This document shows, in pieces, positions 55,201 through 61,567 of a DNA stretch of 61,567 bases. This DNA is from a virus (lineage: Duplodnaviria > Caudoviricetes): the IMG/VR virus record IMGVR_UViG_3300030108_005279, positions 1 through 61,567 of that record, one strand, 5' to 3'. Each line of letters begins with the position of its first letter. Within the stretch, counting starts at the first letter, position 1. A program made the position numbers and the translations under genes. Below the pieces are notes generated by a model, which saw only the letters and a list, made by a program, of their open reading frames with translations, did no database searches and was not told where the DNA came from.

Positions 55201-58200
55201 TAATTCCTGTTAAGCTTGAACCATCACCACGGAACTCAGTGGCAGTCACGATACCAGTAAAGTTACCACCAATAGAATTAATATTAACTGCAGTTAGAAT
55301 ACCTGTAGCACCAGCATTTCTTCCATCCCCTTGAGTTAAATTAATACCTGTCGCAGTAAGAATACCAGCAACTCCAACTCCTCCTGTTCCAGGAACAGTC
55401 AATTCAGTTTTTCCACTAGTTCTTATATGAACATTACCAGAAGTTCCACCTGAACTATTCGCTGACAGAACCACATTTCTATTCGAACTGGTTTTAATTC
55501 TGAGTTCTCCAATAGAACCTGCACCGTTTTCTGGTGAAAGAGAACCATATGTAGTTCCATCATATTGAACAGCAATCGCAGTATTTGTAGTGGTTACATT
55601 CGCTGTAATTGCGTTTATAGTGGACGTTGCAGTGATTTTATCATGAAATGTAGATACACCAGCAACGACTAAACCCTTTGTTGCTACATTTTCTGTACCA
55701 CCAATACCAGTCAACGCAGAACCGTCACCAACAAAAGAAGTTGCAGTCATAACACCACTGACGCAAGCATCACCTGCAACACTAAGTCTTGAACTTGGGT
55801 TCGTGGTTCCGATACCAACCATAAATTCAGATGTTCCAGAGATCCAAGTTGAAGTTCCCGCACCAATTGTCAATTGATAATCACCAGTAGCTGATGGAAG
55901 TTCGACATCACGTCCAATCGCAATATTATAACTTCCGGTAGTGTTTGTATTACCTGCTTTGTCACCAAGGAAGACATTACCAATACCTGATGAAATAAGA
56001 CATCCTGCCTCATGACCTAAGAAAGCGTTATAACAACCAGTAGAAAAACATCTACCTGCCTTTGTTCCAACAAAGGTATTATGTTTTCCAGTGGTTCCTC
56101 CTCCCTTTCCTTGTCCAGTATAAGCACCGATAAAGACATTGCAAACACCAGTGCAAGCACATATACCAGCATTATTTCCAACGAACGTAGCAAACTGAGA
56201 TCTATCACATTTTCCAGCACCACATCCAATGAAAGTATTCTCACCTGATTGATTACATTTACCAGCATGGTGTCCAAGTGCAACACTTCCTGATCCAAAA
56301 TTATCAGCAACTATTGCATATTGACCAATTGCAATATTGTTACCATTATTAAATGAGTAACCTGCTTTTCGACCAATTGCTATATTACCGCCAGTACTAG
56401 CTCCACCAGAAGCACCTGCCTGACGACCTATAGAAATGTTACCACCAGCACCTGTCTTGCCACATCCTGCATCTGTTCCTATCAAGATGTTTTGATCACC
56501 ACTTGTAGTTGCCTTACCTGCACAAGAACCAAAGAATATGTTATAACAACCAGACCCATCAAGATCACATCCAGAACAAGTATTAGATGCGAATAAGTTT
56601 ACATCGGCATCTGCTGAAAATCCACCTAAAGAACTACCATCTGCCTTGGCGAAGTTTGCTGCGGTGATAACACCGCTAACACATGCATCACCGGCAACAG
56701 TTAATCTGGAGGTTGGATTTGTTAATCCAATACCAACCATGAAGTCACAAGTTCCAAAGATCCAGTTTGTGTGAGCAACACCTATTGCTAATTGTGTGTC
56801 TCCAGTTATAGATGGTACGGATGCACTATAACCTACCACCACGTTACATGAACCAGTTGTGAGTCCTAAACCTGCATTAGGACCTAAAAGTGTATTAAAA
56901 ACACCCGTGGATACACAACATCCTGCTTTACTACCAAGTGCAACATTAAATCCACCAGTGGCACTACCACTGATTCCCTTTAATGCACATGCACCAATAG
57001 CAACGTTATTATTACCATCAGTACGTTGACATCCTGCTACACATCCTACATAAACGTTACTTGATCCATCTGATTTAGCACCAGCACCATTTCCAACAAA
57101 AACATTTCCTGATCCTGATGATTCATTCCCCGAATACTTGGTTTGGTTACCAACCATAACGTTACCTGATCCAGTTGTGACCTTACATCCAGATTTTCTT
57201 CCAATATACACATTATTACCACCAGTGCATTGACAACCACCAGCTTGAAAACCTATTGCTACGCTGTAAGATCCACTACAAAGAGTTCGAAGAGCACATC
57301 CACCTATTGCCACAACTCTATTAGCAGTAACACAATTACTTTTAACAGCATTCATACCTATGATAACACTATCACAACCAGTTGTTAGGCACATCCCTGC
57401 TCCATAACCTATTCCAATATTACAGCAACCTGTTATACCAGCATCTTTTCTGATACCACCAGCCAACATTCCAACAAATACACTTCTATTTGCAGAAGTT
57501 AAACCAGTACCTGCACACATACCAATTGCGACATTATCTGATCCTGTTACACTGCATGAAGAATCTCCTCTCCCTGCATTTCTTCCCATGAAGATGTTAT
57601 CATCACCAGTCGTGCTTTTACATCCTGCAGCACAACCAACAAAGATATTATATGAACCAGATGTTGTATTACATCCAACTTCCTTTCCAAGAAAAACATT
57701 ATATGCACCAGATGTTGTATTCCTACCAGCACAAGTGCCGAGCATAAGATTAAAGCATCCATCAGTTCCATCAAGATTACAACCAGAACAAGTTCCAGCA
57801 ACTAAGTTTTCGTCTGCGTCTGATTTAAATCCAGCATCTCCAGAAGTAGCGATACCACTTAAGAAAGAACCATCACCACAGAACTTAGTTGCACTTACGA
57901 TACCACTTGAAGATAACATTGTGATTGCAGATCCAACAAACACATTGTTATGGAATGTTGAGACACCAGCAACCACTAAATTATCAAATGCACCAAGATT
58001 GGTTTGAGTTCCAACACCACTTAAGTTTGCACCATTACCAAAGAATGTTGATGCAGTTACCGAATTGATACCAGATATATTTGTAGAGTCATCTCCAATT
58101 ATATTTCCGTTCGCAGTAATATTACCAGCAGCAGTGATTTCATTAATACCTGTGATATTTGTTGATCCATCACCAGCAATGTTTCCATTTGCAGTGATAT

Positions 58201-61200
58201 CACCAGCAACTGAAAGAGCAGTGCCATTTAATAGTTGTAAACTATCACTACGGAAACGACCAGTGATTGTTTGTGAACCTGCTTTGATATGGGCAAACTC
58301 AATGATGCCATCTTCTGTTCCATTACTTGCGTCTAATATCTTACCTGTAATCTTGGCATAGTTTCTCTGAACACCTGTGTCACTTTCACCTTGGAATTTA
58401 ATTTGTCCAAGATAATCCGCATCAGCAGGAGATGCACTATTTCTGAAGAGATTAATTATTGGTGCTGCTGAACTACCAGTATCAGTAGAGGTAAGAGTTA
58501 GATCACCAGTGCCAGTAATATTGCCACTAAAGGTAGAAACACCAGTTACATCCAATCCACCAGCAGTAATTCTTACACCATTTCTTGCAGTAACGAGTCC
58601 AACCGAATCAATATTAGTTACATCTTCGTATGTTAATGTTCCACCGACTGATACGTTTCCAGTTACATTTAATGAACTTAATGTTCCAACTGAAGTGATA
58701 TTAGGTTGAGCAGCAGTTTGAAGTGTACCTGTTAAGGTTGATGCAGTAACACCAGCAATACCAGTGATATTTGTTGAACTATCGCCAACAATATTTCCAT
58801 TTGCATTGATATTTCCTGAAACTGTTAATGAACTTAATGTTCCCAGTGAAGTTACATTTGGTTGAGCAGCAGTTATAAGAGTTCCAGAGAATGAAGTTGC
58901 GGTTACAACACCAATAGCGTTTACACCTTTGGCAGTTAATATACCAACAATTCCAACACCACCATTTTGAGTCTGAAGTGCAAGTCTACCACTATAATAT
59001 AATTCAGTTTCTCCCTGCCCTTCACAAAGGATGTTCAAACTACTTTGATGTCCATGAATCTCAATTCTGTTGTCAGAACTTGTTCCACCCTCAATAAACA
59101 ATGTTTTTGATCCATCATACTTAATTTTACCATCTCTGGTACCAGAGGTTGGGTCTATGAGTATATGATAATCAGTAACACCACCCTCAGTAAATACAGC
59201 CTTCGATGCAGTTGCAATTCCAACACCAAAGATATTCTTACTATTACCATTTAAATCACCACCTAAAGTTGGTGTAGCGTCTCCAAGAATCGAGGTTGTG
59301 ATACCAGTAAGTGAAGAAAACGGATAGTTAGTAGCATCAGATAGATTAAATGCTGGAGTCGCATCAGTTCCACCAAGAGCAAGAGATATACCACCAAAAG
59401 AAACTGTAGAATTTGCTAATTTGTCATTTGCTATTGAACCTGCGAGTTGTGCATTGGTTATAGTTCCGGATAAAGATGATGTTGGATAGTTAGTTGCATC
59501 TGAAAGATCAAACGCTGGAGTTGCATCAGTTTCACCAAGAGCAAGAGATATACCACCAAAAGAAACTGTAGAATTTGATAATTTGTCATTCGCTATTGAA
59601 CCTGCTAACTGAGCATTAGTGATAGTTCCAGATAAAGATGATGTGGGATAGTTAGTAGCATCACTTAAATCAAATGCTGGAGTCGCATCTGAAGAACCTA
59701 ATGCTAAACTTACTCCACCAAAAGAAACTGTAGAATTTGATAATTTATCATTCGCTATTGAACCTGCTAACTGAGCATTAGTAATAGTTCCAGTTAAATC
59801 AGTGGTTGCTAAATTTCCAGAGAATGATGTTGCAGTAACTACACCAGTGACATTTAATCCACCAGCAGTAATTCTTACGTCATCATTGAAGGTTGATATA
59901 CCACCAACTGTGAGACCCTCAATTATTTGAAGATCAGTAAAACTTGATGTTCCTTCAGTATTAATACCACCACCAACAAATTTGTTTGCAGTTACAATAC
60001 CAGTAAAGTTGCCACCTACACCACTTACGTCTGTGACAGTTACAGAGTTAATACCAGATATATTTGTAGAATTATCTCCAACTATGTTACCATTCGCATT
60101 TATATTACCTGAAACTGTTGCTGAACTTAAAGTTCCAAGTGATGTGATATTTGGTTGAGCAGCAGTTTGTAATGTTCCTGTTAAATTGCCAGAGAATCCA
60201 CTTGATGCTGTGACTACTCCAGTAAAGTTCCCACCTACACCACTTACGTCCGTGATCGTGATATTAGGTGATCCACTTAAACCAGCAGCAGTTCCTGATG
60301 TGTTTTGATTACCTGTTTGGTTTACGCCAGGTAAGTTAATGCTTGCTGTGCCATCGAAAGAAACTCCACCAATATCCCTTGCGGTTTCGAGTGCTGTTGC
60401 TGTGGCAGCATTTCCAGATGTGTCTTGATTACCAGAAGTATTAACACCTGGTAAATTAATATTTGCAGATCCATCGAAAGAAACTCCACCGATTGTTCTT
60501 GCTGTAGTAAGACCATCTGCCTTACCAGCAGTATCAGCGTTACCAGTTAGATTACCAACAACATTTCCTGTAAGATTACCAAAAACATTTGTTGCGGTAA
60601 CAGAGCTAATACCAGATATGTTTGTAGAATTATCTCCAATAATATTTCCGTTTGCGTTAATGTTTCCTGAAACTGTTGCTGAACTTAAAGTTCCAAGTGA
60701 TGTGATATTGGGTTGTGCAGCAGTCTGAAGAGTTCCTGTTAAATTACCAGAGAATCCACTTGATGCTGTGACCACTCCTGTAAAGTTACCACCAACGCCA
60801 CTTACGTCAGTAATTGTAATATTAGGTGACCCACTTAAACCTGCGGCAGTCCCTGAAGTATTTTGATTACCTGGTTGGTTTACACCAGGTAAATTTATAC
60901 TTGCTGTGCCATCGAAAGAAACTCCACCAATATTTCTTGCAGTCTCAAGTGCTGTTGCAGTATCAGCATTTCCAGAAGTGTCTTGATTACCTGCTTGGTT
61001 TACACCAGGTAAATTAATATTTGAAGATCCATCAAATGAAACTCCACCGATTGTTCTTGCAGTAGTGAGTCCATCTGCTTTACCAGCAGTGTCAGCATTT
61101 CCAGTTAAATTACCAATTACATTTCCTGTAAGATTACCTGAAAAACCATCATTTGATGTTACAATTCCAGATCCAACACTTACTCCATTTCCAACTACAA

Positions 61201-61567
61201 CAATACCTGATCTTGCAGTGAGTAATCCAACTGAGTCTATGTTTGTTACGTCTTCGTATGTTAAGGTTCCACCAATTGATACATCACCAGTTACATTTAA
61301 TGAACTTAGTGTTCCCAGTGAAGTTACATTTGGTTGTGCAGCAGTTTGGAGTGTTCCTGCTAATGTTGATGCAGTAACTCCAGCAATACCAGTAATGTTT
61401 GTTGCACTATCACCTACGATATTTCCATTCGCATTTATATTACCTGAAACTGTTACAGCACTTAGAGTTCCAAGTGATGTGATATTAGGTTGTGCAGCAG
61501 TTTGTAATGTTCCAGTAATATTTGTAAAAGTAGCACCTACGCCAGAAATGTTTCCAGAAAAATCTGT
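52265..61567 (-). CDS. Giant (>3100 aa, 5'-truncated) modular tail fibre with Cys-rich repeat blocks and C-terminal peptidase S74 chaperone
   Basis: The frame continues past the track start (60775) to the window end (TDFSGNISGVGATFTNITGTLQTAAQPN...); C-terminal SDIRYKTNI...GVIADQVEKILPQLV...VNYNGLVGLLIE. Confidence 0.85.
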   Translation of the reverse strand, partial: TDFSGNISGVGATFTNITGTLQTAAQPNITSLGTLSAVTVSGNINANGNIVGDSATNITGIAGVTASTLAGTLQTAAQPNVTSLGTLSSLNVTGDVSIGGTLTYEDVTNIDSVGLLTARSGIVVVGNGVSVGSGIVTSNDGFSGNLTGNVIGNLTGNADTAGKADGLTTARTIGGVSFDGSSNINLPGVNQAGNQDTSGNADTATALETARNIGGVSFDGTASINLPGVNQPGNQNTSGTAAGLSGSPNITITDVSGVGGNFTGVVTASSGFSGNLTGTLQTAAQPNITSLGTLSSATVSGNINANGNIIGDNSTNISGISSVTATNVFGNLTGNVVGNLTGNADTAGKADGLTTARTIGGVSFDGSANINLPGVNTSGNQDTSGNAATATALETARDIGGVSFDGTASINLPGVNQTGNQNTSGTAAGLSGSPNITITDVSGVGGNFTGVVTASSGFSGNLTGTLQTAAQPNITSLGTLSSATVSGNINANGNIVGDNSTNISGINSVTVTDVSGVGGNFTGIVTANKFVGGGINTEGTSSFTDLQIIEGLTVGGISTFNDDVRITAGGLNVTGVVTATSFSGNLATTDLTGTITNAQLAGSIANDKLSNSTVSFGGVSLALGSSDATPAFDLSDATNYPTSSLSGTITNAQLAGSIANDKLSNSTVSFGGISLALGETDATPAFDLSDATNYPTSSLSGTITNAQLAGSIANDKLANSTVSFGGISLALGGTDATPAFNLSDATNYPFSSLTGITTSILGDATPTLGGDLNGNSKNIFGVGIATASKAVFTEGGVTDYHILIDPTSGTRDGKIKYDGSKTLFIEGGTSSDNRIEIHGHQSSLNILCEGQGETELYYSGRLALQTQNGGVGIVGILTAKGVNAIGVVTATSFSGTLITAAQPNVTSLGTLSSLTVSGNINANGNIVGDSSTNITGIAGVTASTLTGTLQTAAQPNITSVGTLSSLNVTGNVSVGGTLTYEDVTNIDSVGLVTARNGVRITAGGLDVTGVSTFSGNITGTGDLTLTSTDTGSSAAPIINLFRNSASPADADYLGQIKFQGESDTGVQRNYAKITGKILDASNGTEDGIIEFAHIKAGSQTITGRFRSDSLQLLNGTALSVAGDITANGNIAGDGSTNITGINEITAAGNITANGNIIGDDSTNISGINSVTASTFFGNGANLSGVGTQTNLGAFDNLVVAGVSTFHNNVFVGSAITMLSSSGIVSATKFCGDGSFLSGIATSGDAGFKSDADENLVAGTCSGCNLDGTDGCFNLMLGTCAGRNTTSGAYNVFLGKEVGCNTTSGSYNIFVGCAAGCKSTTGDDNIFMGRNAGRGDSSCSVTGSDNVAIGMCAGTGLTSANRSVFVGMLAGGIRKDAGITGCCNIGIGYGAGMCLTTGCDSVIIGMNAVKSNCVTANRVVAIGGCALRTLCSGSYSVAIGFQAGGCQCTGGNNVYIGRKSGCKVTTGSGNVMVGNQTKYSGNESSGSGNVFVGNGAGAKSDGSSNVYVGCVAGCQRTDGNNNVAIGACALKGISGSATGGFNVALGSKAGCCVSTGVFNTLLGPNAGLGLTTGSCNVVVGYSASVPSITGDTQLAIGVAHTNWIFGTCDFMVGIGLTNPTSRLTVAGDACVSGVITAANFAKADGSSLGGFSADADVNLFASNTCSGCDLDGSGCYNIFFGSCAGKATTSGDQNILIGTDAGCGKTGAGGNISIGRQAGASGGASTGGNIAIGRKAGYSFNNGNNIAIGQYAIVADNFGSGSVALGHHAGKCNQSGENTFIGCGAGKCDRSQFATFVGNNAGICACTGVCNVFIGAYTGQGKGGGTTGKHNTFVGTKAGRCFSTGCYNAFLGHEAGCLISSGIGNVFLGDKAGNTNTTGSYNIAIGRDVELPSATGDYQLTIGAGTSTWISGTSEFMVGIGTTNPSSRLSVAGDACVSGVMTATSFVGDGSALTGIGGTENVATKGLVVAGVSTFHDKITATSTINAITANVTTTNTAIAVQYDGTTYGSLSPENGAGSIGELRIKTSSNRNVVLSANSSGGTSGNVHIRTSGKTELTVPGTGGVGVAGILTATGINLTQGDGRNAGATGILTAVNINSIGGNFTGIVTATEFRGDGSSLTGITATGIGAIGGLTVKNQSGSVVGTGGSISTLDFNGSTGVTVTATSGAAGIATIAISGGFSQDAQCNLIAGLQAGACADSDTQFNIIMGCAAGKRLDSGDHNVILGTHSGKCATGGNRNTLIGMCAGTCIADGSCNVFIGNYSGVGLICNNNIAIGCMAGCGSGTTTDNTGENNILLGTNSAKLLTSGSRNIVLGKFTMDCAAVTGNNNVALGAYSSKCITSGSGNIALGAYTLQCCLSTGLHNIAIGQLAGRKLQNNCNIAIGFHALLGGSSGGIGNCNIAIGNYAGKGLVNGHANIMLGALAGRHISGSGSADGSYNVAMGKASLGANSSGSDTSGNRNVTIGQYSGNKISSGSNNALFGPSAGCSISSGGRNVSLGSAAGRCVTTGHRNVSIGAYVSPPSATGSDQLAIGTCTSRWIVGNSDFNVGIGSTTNPTSRLTVTGDACVSGVITASNFAKADGSSLGGFEPDSNENLYAGTSSGEDSSTNTCFNIGIGYSAGANLNGNFACYNVLMGHKAGNAITSGGNNIAMGCNAAANMTEGACNIAIGKQSLGSGTLTASGNISIGCLAGNTITSGNTNIFLGNFAGAQSTDAYLNVFIGDAAGGYVSSSANRNIAVGHCAGYRMTTGRFNIILGNCTVNTGPLSGDDNVIIGRRSGLNLSSGDDNVFLGKYAGCTVTSGCSNIIIGASVNPLSATGGCQLAIGKDTNRWIVGNSDFNVGIGSTTNPTSRLTVTGDACVTGVTTFAANPAFLGGSDGSTTISRGLVVIKPHGANSATLTVCSTESSAAVGPTINLIRDDGSPADDDFLGILKFNGSDSAGNQLNYVQLAGITADVTDGTEDGTLQIKNIKAGSETVTAEFRSDSLQLLNGTSLTAAGDVSAPNFNSTSDIRYKTNIKPIDDPISKVIQIEGVSFNWKKDDKPALGVIADQVEKILPQLVHGDDPKTVNYNGLVGLLIEVVKDQQKQIDTLSERISKLE
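59318..59793 (-). repeat. Three tandem 162-bp/54-aa coding repeats (TITNAQLAGSIANDKL...DATNYP)
   Basis: gctattgaacctgc recurs at 59430, 59592 and 59754. Confidence 0.9.
60040..61140 (-). repeat. About 558-bp coding duplication (TAAQPNITSLGTL / ARTIGGVSFDG.ANINLPGVN modules)
   Basis: agttccaagtgatgtgatatt at 60131 and 60689; gaaactccacc at 60360/60918 and 60480/61038. Confidence 0.85.

Larger units (their letters stand above)
39990..56760 (-). repeat. Dispersed coding junction repeat (VGIGTTNPSSRLSVAGDACVSGVITAxNFAKADGSSLGGF), 9 copies
   Basis: NFAKADGSSLGG cores near 40000, 41170, 42310, 44365, 45700, 46890, 48230, 53810 and 56625; high nucleotide identity between copies. Confidence 0.9.

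Noticed and set aside
39990-56760. Dispersed repeats as a CRISPR array, DGR template/variable repeats or shufflon
   Set aside because: The repeats are in-frame, direct and more than 1 kb apart; no reverse transcriptase, invertase or cas operon in the window, and differences between copies are not adenine-specific by eye
38706-61017. Many 60-140 aa plus-strand and alternate-frame ORFs within the giant fibre genes (also within 3120-20910)
   Set aside because: Shadow ORFs caused by the repetitive Gly/Asn/Thr/Ala codon pattern; fully overlapped by long genes and without expression signals
1-61567. tRNA, rRNA, intron, intein or IS elements
   Set aside because: No cloverleaf, interrupted core gene, homing endonuclease or transposase recognised by eye; tRNAscan and cmscan were not run

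Overview
A 61.6 kb fragment of a large, AT-rich T4-like marine cyanomyophage (Kyanoviridae-like, resembling Prochlorococcus/Synechococcus phages of the P-SSM2 type), with genes mostly on the minus strand. From left to right it holds: an early-type region (partial DEAH helicase, complete MjaI-family restriction-modification pair); a tail and baseplate module (Gly-rich adhesin-like protein, fibre proteins, gp5, gp51, gp26, gp4, gp2-like, gp48, gp53); replication and AMG core genes (gp32, gp59, gp33, exonuclease, phoH, thyX, glutaredoxin); a nitrogen-responsive small-ORF operon; a sulfotransferase/glycosyltransferase/carbamoyltransferase cassette; arrays of small paralogous fibre-tip and LamG proteins; and two giant modular Cys-rich fibre genes (3700 aa, and >3100 aa truncated by the window end). 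Standout observations: (1) a 62-codon ORF lies entirely inside the P2 loop of the first of two tandem glnA-type glutamine riboswitch aptamers, with its start and stop codons in the two strands of the same helix, downstream of an NtcA box; (2) the giant fibres are built from Cys-rich repeat blocks joined by near-identical DNA junctions and lie next to a decoration-enzyme cassette driven by a perfect sigma70 promoter; (3) the phage encodes a complete Type II R-M system and CTAG appears depleted. Family assignments rest on recalled motifs and synteny; no database search was run.
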